Assembly (NCBI GenBank): GCA_045124995.1
Contig: JBGVMY010000005.1
Span: 517-64,516 of the forward strand
Source of the DNA: Paludibacteraceae bacterium
Lineage (GTDB): Bacteria > Bacteroidota > Bacteroidia > Bacteroidales > Paludibacteraceae
Reading direction: 5' to 3'
DNA length: 64,000 bases
Shown: positions 26,402 to 35,987 of the stretch, piece after piece
Numbering within the stretch: the first letter of the stretch is position 1
How the letters are laid out: the number at the start of each line of letters is the position of its first letter
Notes under the pieces: generated by a model
Seen by the model: only the letters and a program-made list of their open reading frames with translations
The model's database searches: none
What the model was told of the DNA's origin: nothing
Position numbers and translations under genes: made by a program

Positions 26402-27729
26402 TTCTCTGCTTTCTTAGCGCAGGATTTCTTTGGAGCGGCTTTCTTAACCTCTTTCTTGGCCTCTTTTTTAGCCTCCTTGAGTTGTTTCTCGAGGCGCTCG
26501 ATCTCCTTCTCTTGGTTTTGGATGGTCTTGAGCAACTCGTTCAACTCCTCGTTCTCGATGGTGGTAGGATATTGCTCCTCAACACGTTGGAGGAAGTCAG
26601 AAAGGATATTCATATAGTTGATGAACGCATCGTATGCTGACTCAAACTGGGTGGCACCTTGGTCGATATGGTTCATGAAGTGCAAGTAGTTGATGTCCTG
26701 CAAGATGAGCCAGTCGCGCTTGAGTTGTTTATCTTGGCAAAGGTGTACACGTTCAGCCACAGCGTAGAGCTTGTTTAAAGCCTCTTGTTGGAGGTCGTTA
26801 CCATTGTATGTGCTGAGGTCCTTGGCCTCGCCAGCCCATGTGAGTGGGTGAGCTGCTACAATAGCATCGTTGGCTGCGAACTTCTTAGCCACTTCACTTG
26901 GGGTCATAAAGCCCATGCCTTGTTCCATAGCAAAATAAGGTAACGCTTTGAGGAAATCGAAGATGCCAGTCTCAGCGCTTTGACGCATACCGAAAGTTTC
27001 GGCGCCTACCCAGATATTCGCCACTTGCTCTTCTTCTGGCAAGTTAGCCATGCCAATAGCATACGCCTCGGCGTTCATTGGGAAATTGTGCCAAGCAGGG
27101 TCAGAGAAATGGAAAGCCAACTCATCGCTGAGGTTGGTGTTGCGTAGCAAAACTTTGAGTTTAGGAGCTGCACTGCTGTTGTAAACATAGTTAGGACTCT
27201 TCCAACTGAGGATATGTTTTGCACCCTCGGTCATGACGGTCTTGAAGCCCATCTGGTGAAGTTGGATGGCAATCTCGTCAGAGTATAGGAGTTCGGTAAG
27301 GCAAGCAGTAGTCGACTCAACGCCGAGGAGTTTCTCAACTTGCTTTTGTTGAGCTAGGAGTTGCTCTGCAGCTTCGGTGTCGCTATATACATTAGCCAAA
27401 GAGTAAGCGTAAGGTGTGACAACGAACTCGACGCACTTGGTCTCAGCCAACTCCTTAAGCATATCAATCATCTCTGGAGCGAATTGCTCGAACATCTCAA
27501 GCATAATACCTGAAACGCTCATGGCGCAGTGGAAACGGCCCTTAGAGAGACGAATCATCTCGGCAATAGTTTGGCAGAGAGGCATGTAGGAAGTGTGGAT
27601 AAGCGATGCTACATGGTCCTCGGTTTGCATGTCGTCGTAGTAGTAATGGTCTTGACCAATCTCAAAAAAACGATAGCGCTTCAATGTGTATGGCGCGTGC
27701 ATTTGAAAGCAAAAACAAATATTTTTCAT
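26398..27729 (-). CDS. GH57 family alpha-glucan-active glycoside hydrolase (alpha-amylase-like)
   Basis: The N-terminus (MKNICFCFQMHAPYTLKRYRF..) and the overall pattern match bacteroidete GH57 enzymes. The Lys-rich C-terminal tail is encoded by 12-bp tandem units. Confidence 0.85.
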   Translation of the reverse strand: MKNICFCFQMHAPYTLKRYRFFEIGQDHYYYDDMQTEDHVASLIHTSYMPLCQTIAEMIRLSKGRFHCAMSVSGIMLEMFEQFAPEMIDMLKELAETKCVEFVVTPYAYSLANVYSDTEAAEQLLAQQKQVEKLLGVESTTACLTELLYSDEIAIQLHQMGFKTVMTEGAKHILSWKSPNYVYNSSAAPKLKVLLRNTNLSDELAFHFSDPAWHNFPMNAEAYAIGMANLPEEEQVANIWVGAETFGMRQSAETGIFDFLKALPYFAMEQGMGFMTPSEVAKKFAANDAIVAAHPLTWAGEAKDLSTYNGNDLQQEALNKLYAVAERVHLCQDKQLKRDWLILQDINYLHFMNHIDQGATQFESAYDAFINYMNILSDFLQRVEEQYPTTIENEELNELLKTIQNQEKEIERLEKQLKEAKKEAKKEVKKAAPKKSCAKKAEK

Positions 27730-27730
27730 G

Positions 27731-27779
27731 ACTGTTTACTAATTGATAGTTGATAATTAATAGTTAATAATTAATATTT
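27731..27779. repeat. 7-bp tandem repeat abutting the GH57 start codon
   Basis: ACTGTTT ACTAATT GATAGTT GATAATT AATAGTT AATAATT AATATTT on the plus strand. Confidence 0.85.
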
Positions 27780-27785
27780 TTTGGG

Positions 27786-29045
27786 TTAGGAACCGCTGAT
27801 GACCATATCATAGATACGACGCACTTTGAGTCCTACATCATACCACTTAATGTTGTTCACCTCGTCGCGACCCAATTCACGCAGTGATTTGTACATAGCA
27901 GGGTACTTGACAATCGCATAGATTGCATCTGCCATTGCGTCGATATCCCAATAATCGGTTTTGATAACATGGGAGAGGATCTCTGCACAACCTGATTGGT
28001 GCGAGATGATAGATGGACAACCTACCTGCATGGCCTCTAGAGGTGAAATACCGAATGGCTCGCTGACACTAGGCATGATATACACATCGGAGTCAGCTAA
28101 GACTTCTTGCACTTGGCGTCCGCGCATGAAACCAGGGAAGTGGAATTTATCTGCAATACCGCGTTGTGCTGCAAGGTCGATCATCTTGTTCATCATATCG
28201 CCGCTACCCGCCATAACGAAACGTACACCATCGGTCTTAGCCAAGACGCGTGCTGCGGCTTCGACGAAGTATTCAGGACCTTTCTGCATGGTGATACGAC
28301 CGAGGAAGGTGACAAGTTTGTCTTTGCGCTCGTGTTTGACGAATTCATCGGGATTAGCCAAAGGCTCAACAGCATTGTGCACGGTGCTGACCTTGTGAGC
28401 AGGTTGACCGTATTTCTCGATGACGGTGCGGCGAGTGAGCTCGCTCACGCACATGATATGATCGGCCTCGTCCATACCGCGTTTCTCGATGGCATAGACG
28501 GTAGGGTTGACGTTACCGCGGCTGCGGTCGAAGTCGGTGGCGTGTACGTGGATAACCAATGGTTTGCCAGAGATTTGCTTAGCAAAAACGCCTGATGGAT
28601 AGGTCAGCCAATCGTGGCTGTGGATGATATCAAAATCGAGCGCATGTGCCAGTACACTAGCTACAGCCTCGTAGTTGCCAATCTCCTCGAGGAGGTTGTC
28701 TGGATAACGGCCAGAGAAACCTACACAACCCAAGTCATCGGTGCCGATGCGCGAGTAGTCGTAGTGGATATTGTTGCGCAGATGATAGTACTCCTCAGGT
28801 GACATCTTGCCTTCCATGCGCTGACGCACATAGTCATAGTCATTATCTTTATATACTACGGGTACACTGTTGGCGCCGATAATCTTCAAGAAGGATTGGT
28901 CCTCATCGCCCCATGGCTTAGGGATGACAAAGGTGATCTGCATATCCTCTTGCTGCGCCATGCCGCGCGTTAAACCGTAGCTTGCTGTTCCGAGTCCGCC
29001 CAAGATATGTGGGGGGAACTCCCAACCAAACATCAATGCTTTCAT
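27786..29045 (-). CDS. GT4-family glycosyltransferase, glycogen synthase-like
   Basis: 419 aa with the N-terminal ..GGLGTASYGL.. block and the C-terminal E..SEPFGISPLEAM motif of retaining GT-B enzymes. It sits in the glycogen cluster. Confidence 0.85.
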   Translation of the reverse strand: MKALMFGWEFPPHILGGLGTASYGLTRGMAQQEDMQITFVIPKPWGDEDQSFLKIIGANSVPVVYKDNDYDYVRQRMEGKMSPEEYYHLRNNIHYDYSRIGTDDLGCVGFSGRYPDNLLEEIGNYEAVASVLAHALDFDIIHSHDWLTYPSGVFAKQISGKPLVIHVHATDFDRSRGNVNPTVYAIEKRGMDEADHIMCVSELTRRTVIEKYGQPAHKVSTVHNAVEPLANPDEFVKHERKDKLVTFLGRITMQKGPEYFVEAAARVLAKTDGVRFVMAGSGDMMNKMIDLAAQRGIADKFHFPGFMRGRQVQEVLADSDVYIMPSVSEPFGISPLEAMQVGCPSIISHQSGCAEILSHVIKTDYWDIDAMADAIYAIVKYPAMYKSLRELGRDEVNNIKWYDVGLKVRRIYDMVISGS

Positions 29046-30982
29046 TTCTCTTCGTATTGTTTAAGGGTGTTACATACTTCTATCACGCTGGCCACGCTAG
29101 GTGCGTAACTCATGCCGCCGTGTCCGCGGAATGGTGGGTTGCCGTCGTAGAGCTCGTTCAAGGTGCCGATACAGAGCTCACTCATCTCGGCTTCGTAACC
29201 GGTCAAGAGGCGGCGAATGAAGTTCTCGCCAGAGTGTTGATATACCTTGAGGTAAGCAATGGCATATGCGGCGATGGTCCAAGGCCATACAGGACCGTTG
29301 TGGAAGTTGCGGTCGCGCTCCAATTGACCACCGATATACTCAGGACGATAGTCACCGCTCTTAGGCGAGATGGTACGCAGGCCCTTAGGCGTGTACAACT
29401 CCTTGGTACAGATATCCACCACCGCTTTGCGTTGGCGTTTGTCGAGTGGTGAGTATGGCAAGGATGCTGCGATAATCTGATTAGGACGCACCTCCTTGTT
29501 GTGGTAGTCGCCCTCTACATAATCGTCGAGATAAACGCCGTTCCAGAAGGTCTTGATGAAACTATCCTTGGTGATCTCGGCTTGATACTCCATGAGGTCG
29601 GCAATCTGCTCTTTGCCCAGGCAACGTTGGATATCCGCGGTGAAGAGGCGCGCATTGTACCAGAGGGCGTTGATCTCTACCACATAACCCATACGTGGGG
29701 TGATAGGACGACCGTTCTCTACGGCGTTCATCCAAGTAGCAGGACGCTCCTTGCCGTCCACCCAAACGAGGCCGTTGTTGTGCAAGAAGAGACGTGGGTG
29801 CTGTTGGCGGCGGATGAAGAGCATGATGTCGATAACCAATTGGCCATATAGGCGAGTAGCCTCCTCAAGCGAGGTGTATTGCGCATACTCCTGAATAGCG
29901 TGGATGAACCATAAGAGTGCATCAGGCTCGTCCATGCCCACAAGCTTGTGTGGCTGGCCGTTCATAAATGCACGGATCTCCTCTACGGCTGTGTTGTCCA
30001 CGATATACTTCCAGTATTCGGGACGGCCAATGCCCATTGTACAAGCAGGCATAGCGATGAACTCCTCGCGAGCCGAAGCCTTGAACCATGGGTAACCAGC
30101 TAGCAAGTAGCACTTGTCTCCTTCGCGTTTGTAGAACTGTTGCGCAGCAATCTTTAGGCTGCTGAACATGTCGTTACGAGCTTCGCGACGATCTAGTTCT
30201 TTCTTCCAAAGGGTCTTGAGCGTTTTAGTGTTTACCTCGCTAATACCCGCGGAGAAGATGACACTCTCGCCTTTCTTCATAGGAACTTCGAACCATCCTG
30301 GCACCAGTTGATCCTCCTTGAAGTCGAAGCCGCGTTCCTCCTCTTTGTAGTACTGGATGTCTTTGTACCATGCTGGAGCGTGGGTGTACTCGGCCTTCTT
30401 GCTGCATTGCATGAAGAGCTCAGGATAAGCGCTGTACATGCGGTTAGCGCGTCCGTTCTCCACTTCGCGCATCTCGGTGCTGGCCTGGGCGTTCTCCTTG
30501 GCCAACTCGTGCACGCTGCGGAAAGCCAAATAAGGCTTTAGGCGCAAGGTGGTGGCTGAGTGCGCCTCGACCAAGGTGTACTTGATGAGTACGCGGGGTT
30601 CGAAACTAACAAGCATGCGCTCTTTGGTCAGAATGACACCACCTACGCGGTAGGTGGTCTTGCTAATCACTTCACAATCAAACTCACGAATGTACTTGTG
30701 TCCGTTAGGCGAGAAATTGTTCCAGCCATACTTGTGCAGACCCAAGTTGAATTCTGCACCGTGTTGGATCACGGTCTCATCCAAACTGCCGAGCAACACA
30801 TAATTGTCCTCTGGCAGTTCGCCACTCAAGGGCAATACCAATTGCCCATGATACTTACGCGTGTTGCAGTCAATCAGTGTGGTGGAGTTGTACGCCCCCG
30901 CACGATTGGTGCGAATCATCTCTTTGCTCAAACTGCGTTCCAGATTGATTAGCAAAGTCTTGTCGAAATTTAGATAACTCAT
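29042..30982 (-). CDS. glycogen debranching enzyme (amylo-alpha-1,6-glucosidase family)
   Basis: 646 aa. The N-terminal debranching-enzyme domain and the C-terminal (alpha/alpha)6 GDE-type region were recognised by eye. Its start overlaps the GT4 gene by 4 nt (ATGA). Confidence 0.8.
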   Translation of the reverse strand: MSYLNFDKTLLINLERSLSKEMIRTNRAGAYNSTTLIDCNTRKYHGQLVLPLSGELPEDNYVLLGSLDETVIQHGAEFNLGLHKYGWNNFSPNGHKYIREFDCEVISKTTYRVGGVILTKERMLVSFEPRVLIKYTLVEAHSATTLRLKPYLAFRSVHELAKENAQASTEMREVENGRANRMYSAYPELFMQCSKKAEYTHAPAWYKDIQYYKEEERGFDFKEDQLVPGWFEVPMKKGESVIFSAGISEVNTKTLKTLWKKELDRREARNDMFSSLKIAAQQFYKREGDKCYLLAGYPWFKASAREEFIAMPACTMGIGRPEYWKYIVDNTAVEEIRAFMNGQPHKLVGMDEPDALLWFIHAIQEYAQYTSLEEATRLYGQLVIDIMLFIRRQQHPRLFLHNNGLVWVDGKERPATWMNAVENGRPITPRMGYVVEINALWYNARLFTADIQRCLGKEQIADLMEYQAEITKDSFIKTFWNGVYLDDYVEGDYHNKEVRPNQIIAASLPYSPLDKRQRKAVVDICTKELYTPKGLRTISPKSGDYRPEYIGGQLERDRNFHNGPVWPWTIAAYAIAYLKVYQHSGENFIRRLLTGYEAEMSELCIGTLNELYDGNPPFRGHGGMSYAPSVASVIEVCNTLKQYEEK

Positions 30983-30994
30983 ATGTTGTTGGTA

Positions 30995-32137
30995 TTAGTT
31001 ATATTTGCCTTCGAATTTTACTTCTGCATCCATGAAGAACTGACGAATCTGCTGTTCGGCATCACGTTTGCAAATCAGCAATACGCCTTCTGATTCAGCC
31101 ACGATGCAGTCTTCTAATCCTTGGATCACCGCGAGGTGCCCCTTAGGGAGGGTCACGACATTGCCGTGGCTATCGTAGTAGATGGCCTCCGAGTGGAGCG
31201 TCACGTTGGCTTGCTCGTCCTTGCTGCTCAGCTCGTACAGCGATCCCCATGTACCGAGGTCGCTCCAGCCAAAATCGCTAGGCATGACGTAGACATTTCT
31301 TGCCTTCTCCATCACACCATAGTCGATGGAAATGCTGGGGCAAGTAGGAAACATGTCTTGGATAAAGGCCTCTTCGTCGGCTGTACCCATCAGCTGTTCG
31401 CCTTCTGCAAACTTGCTAGCTATCTCAGGTAGGAACTCGCGGAATGCAGCACGGATGGTTTGCAGATTCCAGATGAAAATACCTGAGTTCCACAAGAAAT
31501 CACCACTCTCCAAGAATACCTTAGCCAACTCCAAGTTGGGCTTCTCAGTAAACGCTTTCACCTTGCATATCGCACCATTGGCAGCATTCTCCTCTTGATA
31601 CTTCATGCTCTCCATTTGGATGTATCCATAACCCGTCTCAGGACGAGTGGGCTTCATGCCCAAGGTGAGCAGTGCGTCATGATTCTGGATAAAAGCAAAT
31701 CCCTGCTCGATGGTTTGGCGGAACTTTTCCTCCTGCAATATGAGATGATCGCTAGGCGCCACCACGATGTTGACCTGCTCGTTGTCCGATTTTCGCTTTC
31801 TGATCTCCGCTTCGATACGTGCCACAGCGTATGCAATACATGGCGCCGTGTTTCGGCGAGCAGGCTCGCAGAGTATCTGCTCGGGACTCAAGTCGGGAAT
31901 TTGCTCCAATACTTGGTCGCGGTATAGCACGTTGGTGACAATTAAGATATTCTCTATCGGCACTATCGGACGAAAACGGTCGATAGTCATTTGTAGCAGA
32001 CTACGACCTGTACCGAAGAAGTCCAAGAACTGTTTGGGCTTTTCATTACGACTAAATGGCCAAAAACGACTTCCTACACCGCCTGCCATTATCACGCAAT
32101 AGTTGTTTTGGTTCATGTTATTATGTTTTAGGGTCAT
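30995..32137 (-). CDS. manC: mannose-1-phosphate guanylyltransferase
   Basis: NTP-transferase N-terminus ..YCVIMAGGVGSRFWPFSR... An alternative start lies at 32116 (MNQNNYC..). Confidence 0.85.
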   Translation of the reverse strand: MTLKHNNMNQNNYCVIMAGGVGSRFWPFSRNEKPKQFLDFFGTGRSLLQMTIDRFRPIVPIENILIVTNVLYRDQVLEQIPDLSPEQILCEPARRNTAPCIAYAVARIEAEIRKRKSDNEQVNIVVAPSDHLILQEEKFRQTIEQGFAFIQNHDALLTLGMKPTRPETGYGYIQMESMKYQEENAANGAICKVKAFTEKPNLELAKVFLESGDFLWNSGIFIWNLQTIRAAFREFLPEIASKFAEGEQLMGTADEEAFIQDMFPTCPSISIDYGVMEKARNVYVMPSDFGWSDLGTWGSLYELSSKDEQANVTLHSEAIYYDSHGNVVTLPKGHLAVIQGLEDCIVAESEGVLLICKRDAEQQIRQFFMDAEVKFEGKYN

Positions 32138-32175
32138 TATTACGATTGATTTGTTGATTCGCTTTCAAAATCTCG

Positions 32176-32206
32176 CAAAGATACTACTTTTTTTTCACAT
32201 ACGCAA
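32176..32206 (-). promoter_or_regulatory. promoter for the manC-glycogen operon
   Basis: The minus strand reads CTTGCGTATGTG, a 20-nt spacer, then TAtcTTTG. Confidence 0.65.
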
Positions 32207-32253
32207 GCGTACGCGCAAATCTTTTGAAAAAAAATGCACTTTTCTGCTAAAAA

Positions 32254-32285
32254 TTTGTGCATCTGCATTTTTTTTTGTACCTTTG
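32254..32285 (+). promoter_or_regulatory. promoter for the gldD operon
   Basis: TTTG (32254-32257), a 20-nt spacer, then TAccTTTG (32278-32285). Confidence 0.65.
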
Positions 32286-32308
32286 CGTGCCAATATACGT
32301 TTTTTGTG

Positions 32309-32881
32309 ATGAAGCGAAGATTATACATACCGATTTTGGTTTTGTTTTTGGGTTTGGTGGCCTGTCAGCGTGTTGTTGCGCCCAAGCCTTATGGCTATTT
32401 TCGTATAGCTATACCCGATGCGGCATACACATGGTATGCGCCAGCGCATTACCCCTATGCCTTTTTGCTGTCGGATAATGCGGTGGTGGAATCCCGAACG
32501 GGAAAAGATGAGCAATATTGGATTGATATCCATTATCCTTCGCTCAACACCACGATCCATTGCACCTATAAGCCCATTCATGGCAACCTGCGTGCGCTGT
32601 CGCGTGACATGCAGGAGTTTTTGTTTGGTCACTCGCGCGTGGCATCTGCCATACCTGAGCAGGAGTATGCCAATCCAGAGCAGCATGTTTGGGGGGTGTT
32701 TTATGAGTTGCGGGGTGATGTGGCTTCGCCTATTCAGTTTGTTTTAACCGATTCCACCGATCATTTCTTCCGTGGTTCGGTGTATTGTAATACTGTGCCT
32801 AATCAAGATTCGCTGGCGCCGATCTATGATTATATGCGCCACGATGTTCGCATACTAATTGAATCGATTCAATGGCAATAA
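32309..32881 (+). CDS. gldD: gliding-motility/T9SS-associated lipoprotein GldD
   Basis: Lipobox ..LGLVAC, the ..PKPYGYFRI.. block, then ..YANPEQHVWGVFYEL.GDVASPIQFVLTDS..H..G..Y...PN.DSLAP..Y, which matches the GldD pattern. The start is the internal ATG after the promoter. Confidence 0.7.
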   Translation: MKRRLYIPILVLFLGLVACQRVVAPKPYGYFRIAIPDAAYTWYAPAHYPYAFLLSDNAVVESRTGKDEQYWIDIHYPSLNTTIHCTYKPIHGNLRALSRDMQEFLFGHSRVASAIPEQEYANPEQHVWGVFYELRGDVASPIQFVLTDSTDHFFRGSVYCNTVPNQDSLAPIYDYMRHDVRILIESIQWQ

Positions 32882-33600
32882 TTCAGCACATATTATCTGC
32901 TCAAGCTCAATTGCGTAAGTTGTTGGTCTTGCTGATTGATCCAGAGAAGCAGGCGTCTATGGAGGCGTTGCGCCCTTATCTGTCGCTGCCTGATATGATC
33001 TTTGTAGGTGGTAGTACGGGGGAGTATTCTGACTCTTGTGTCACGCAGTTGCGCCAATATACGGATCGTCCTATCTTGCTTTTTCCTGGTAATATTGCGC
33101 AGTTTACTCCAGAGGCTGATGCGTTGCTCTTTTTGACGCTGCTCAATGCGCGTGTGCCAGAAGTGCTGATCTTGCCGCATATTCAGGTAGCAAAGCAGGT
33201 GTTACAATCGGGCATTGAATCTATACCGATGGGGTATATATTGGTGGATGGAGCACGCAAAAGTAGCGTTGAAATCGCCACGAATTGCAGCCCTATCCCT
33301 CAGAGCGAGATTGATAATATTGTCTCTACGGCTATAGCTGGTCAGTTGTTGGGTAAGCAGTTGATCTATCTCGAAGCGGGTAGTGGAGCGCATGCCCCTG
33401 TGGCAGTAGACGTTATTCGTGCTGTGCGCACGCAGTTGGAGGTACCCCTGATTGTGGGTGGTGGTATTCGTACGCCAGAGGCAATGCTGGCCGCGTATGA
33501 GGCTGGCGCAGATATTGTGGTAATTGGAAATCATTTTGAGCAAAACCCCGATGAAATCGGCGATTTTGTTCGAATTAAGCGAGAGAGATATGGAGAATGA
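32872..33600 (+). CDS. geranylgeranylglyceryl/heptaprenylglyceryl phosphate synthase family protein (PcrB-like)
   Basis: TIM-barrel motifs ..FVGGSTG.., ..YLEAGSGA.. and ..LIVGGGIRT... It overlaps the gldD stop by 10 nt. Confidence 0.8.
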   Translation: MAIIQHILSAQAQLRKLLVLLIDPEKQASMEALRPYLSLPDMIFVGGSTGEYSDSCVTQLRQYTDRPILLFPGNIAQFTPEADALLFLTLLNARVPEVLILPHIQVAKQVLQSGIESIPMGYILVDGARKSSVEIATNCSPIPQSEIDNIVSTAIAGQLLGKQLIYLEAGSGAHAPVAVDVIRAVRTQLEVPLIVGGGIRTPEAMLAAYEAGADIVVIGNHFEQNPDEIGDFVRIKRERYGE

Positions 33601-34030
33601 TGCTCGATATATGCATATGGCGTTGGCTGAAGCGCAGAAGGCATATGCCATGGGTGAAGTGCCTGTGGGATGCGTGATTGTGGCAGATGGTCAGGTGGTA
33701 GGACGTGGGCATAACCTCACCGAGACGCTGGCAGATGTGACGGCTCATGCCGAGATGCAGGCGATCACAGCGGCTGCGAATACTCTGGGTGGTAAGTATC
33801 TTACACAATGCACGCTATATGTGACAGTCGAACCATGTGTGATGTGTGCAGGTGCTATCGGTTGGGCACAAGTAAAACGTGTAGTGTATGGAGCAGCTGA
33901 TGAGAAACGTGGATTCACCGTGTTTGCTCCGAAAGCCTTGCATCCAAAATGTACGATTTCATCGGGAGTTTTAGAACCCGAGTGCCGCGAACTGATGCAG
34001 TCGTTTTTTACGATGAAGCGGAATAAGTAG
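33590..34030 (+). CDS. tadA: tRNA adenosine(34) deaminase
   Basis: CDA zinc motifs HAEMQAI and PCVMCAGA. The ATG at 33590 overlaps the upstream stop (ATGGAGAATGA). Confidence 0.9.
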   Translation: MENDARYMHMALAEAQKAYAMGEVPVGCVIVADGQVVGRGHNLTETLADVTAHAEMQAITAAANTLGGKYLTQCTLYVTVEPCVMCAGAIGWAQVKRVVYGAADEKRGFTVFAPKALHPKCTISSGVLEPECRELMQSFFTMKRNK

Positions 34031-34038
34031 GTTGAAGA

Positions 34039-34071
34039 TTTGGACATTAGGTTAAAGGAATAATAAATTTG
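34039..34071 (+). promoter_or_regulatory. possible internal promoter for the 7TM-HD gene
   Basis: TTTG (34039-34042), a 21-nt spacer, then TAaaTTTG (34064-34071). Confidence 0.45.
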
Positions 34072-34087
34072 CAAAATAATTCGAGTT

Positions 34088-35986
34088 ATGAAACAATCAC
34101 TCAGAACAACTCTTCAGGTTTTTTCTCTCGCGGCATTGGCAGCGTTGGCGATCTATCTGGCTCCCAAGTATAGTAACCCCTTTAAGTATCACTTTGAGGT
34201 GGGTCAGCCTTGGGCGTACGGCCTAGTGACGGCAGAAGCTAACTTTGCCATCTACAAGACAGATGCACAATTGGCCGCAGAGCAGCAACAGGTGTTGCGC
34301 GACTATGCGCCCTGCTATGTGGCTGATTCGATGGCGTTGCAGAGTAATATCTATGTGCTACCATTGGTTGAGATAGAGCGTTTGCAGGCATTGGGATGTA
34401 CTAGGGTGTCGGTCTTGTACAATCGCGTGGCAACGCAAGTGCCTGTGGCAGACCTCCATACTCCGAAGGAGGCGTATGAGTTGACGCATCAAAATATGGT
34501 GCCGAACCTCCGATATGACTCGATTACATCGGAACATATGCGTCAAAACTTGCTATCTTCTATCTCGCTCACACAGGGTATGGTGCAGGCCGGAGAGAAA
34601 ATTATTGATACGGGTGAGATTGTGTCGGAGCATACTTATCAGATATTGGAGTCGTTGCGTCGTACGATAGAGGAACGCAATATCTCGAATCGTCAGTCGT
34701 TGACTTCGACCATTGGAGTGGGGTTGTATATTGTGATTTTGATTTTGCTATTCGGTTTGTATCTCTATACCTATCGTCGCAAATTGCTGGATAATCTCCG
34801 CCATGTGTTGTTTTTTGCCATCCTAATGGCGCTATTGATTACTACGGCATTTTTGGTGTTGCGCCATGTGTCGATAGGGTATATATTCCTATTGCCGTTT
34901 GCGTGGGTGCCTATTATTACGCGTGTGTTTTATGACTCGCGTACAGCTATTTTTATTCATCTGATCACGGTGCTGATAGTGTCTATCGCTGCGCCTGCAC
35001 CATATGTGTTTGTGTTGTTGCAAGTTATCACAGGAGTAGTGGCGGTGATTAGTTTGCGTGATATGACTCAACGTGCTCAGTTGGCACAAACGGCATTGTT
35101 TATATTCCTGACATACAGCATAGTATATACTGCTACTACTATGTTGGTGACAGGTAATATCATGAATGTGGAGTATCGCTACTATATCTACTTCTTAATC
35201 AATGCAGTATTGGTGATTTGTGCGTATGGTTTGATTTTCCTCTTTGAGCGCACATTCGGATTGGTGAGCAATATCACCTTGGTGGAATTGACCAATGTGA
35301 ACTCTAATCTCATGTTGGAGTTTGCGGAGAAGGCACCAGGTACTTTCCAACACTCGTTGCAGGTGAGTAACCTGGCCACCGAAGCAGCCAAGCGTATTGG
35401 TGCAAAGGTATTGTTGGTACGTACAGGAGCACTCTATCACGATATAGGCAAAATGGCGCACCCTGAATATTTTATTGAGAATCAAACGGGTGTTAATCCG
35501 TTGCAAGCGATGCCATATGCCGAGGCAGCGAAGGTGATTATCAATCATGTGGAGGAGGGTGAGCGCATTGCGCGTAAGCATCATTTGCCCGAACTCATCG
35601 TGCATTTTATTCGTTCGCACCATGGTACTTCGGTGACACGCTATTTCTATAATATGGCGGTGAATGCGGCTAAAACTGCAGGAGGAACGGCTGCGGATGT
35701 GAATAAAGCCGATTTCTCTTATCCTGGTCCTAAACCATCTACCAAGGAAGCAGCTATCCTGATGATGGCAGACGCTATTGAGGCGCGTTCGCGTTCGCTA
35801 AGCGAGTTGACTGAGCAGTCGATTGCCGAAATGGTGGATCAGATGATAGACCTGCAAGTGGCAGATGGTCAGTTCTCGGAAACAGTGCTTTCTTTTAAGG
35901 ACTTGGAGGATATACGTGCGGTCTTCAAACAGAAACTCACAGAGATTAATCACCATCGTATTGTATATCCCGAATTAAAAGCATAA
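34088..35986 (+). CDS. 7TM receptor with intracellular HD/HDIG phosphohydrolase domain
   Basis: 632 aa with an extracellular N-terminal domain, about seven TM helices and an HD domain (..HSLQVSNLA..LYHDIGK..SHHG). Confidence 0.85.
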   Translation: MKQSLRTTLQVFSLAALAALAIYLAPKYSNPFKYHFEVGQPWAYGLVTAEANFAIYKTDAQLAAEQQQVLRDYAPCYVADSMALQSNIYVLPLVEIERLQALGCTRVSVLYNRVATQVPVADLHTPKEAYELTHQNMVPNLRYDSITSEHMRQNLLSSISLTQGMVQAGEKIIDTGEIVSEHTYQILESLRRTIEERNISNRQSLTSTIGVGLYIVILILLFGLYLYTYRRKLLDNLRHVLFFAILMALLITTAFLVLRHVSIGYIFLLPFAWVPIITRVFYDSRTAIFIHLITVLIVSIAAPAPYVFVLLQVITGVVAVISLRDMTQRAQLAQTALFIFLTYSIVYTATTMLVTGNIMNVEYRYYIYFLINAVLVICAYGLIFLFERTFGLVSNITLVELTNVNSNLMLEFAEKAPGTFQHSLQVSNLATEAAKRIGAKVLLVRTGALYHDIGKMAHPEYFIENQTGVNPLQAMPYAEAAKVIINHVEEGERIARKHHLPELIVHFIRSHHGTSVTRYFYNMAVNAAKTAGGTAADVNKADFSYPGPKPSTKEAAILMMADAIEARSRSLSELTEQSIAEMVDQMIDLQVADGQFSETVLSFKDLEDIRAVFKQKLTEINHHRIVYPELKA

Positions 35987-35987
35987 T

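Noticed and set aside
11197-32137. Pullulanase plus the GH57/GT4/debranching/manC cluster as a novel system.
   Set aside because: This is a familiar bacteroidete glycogen/alpha-glucan gene set. Apart from the repeat-encoded GH57 tail, which is reported separately, nothing is unusual in order or content.
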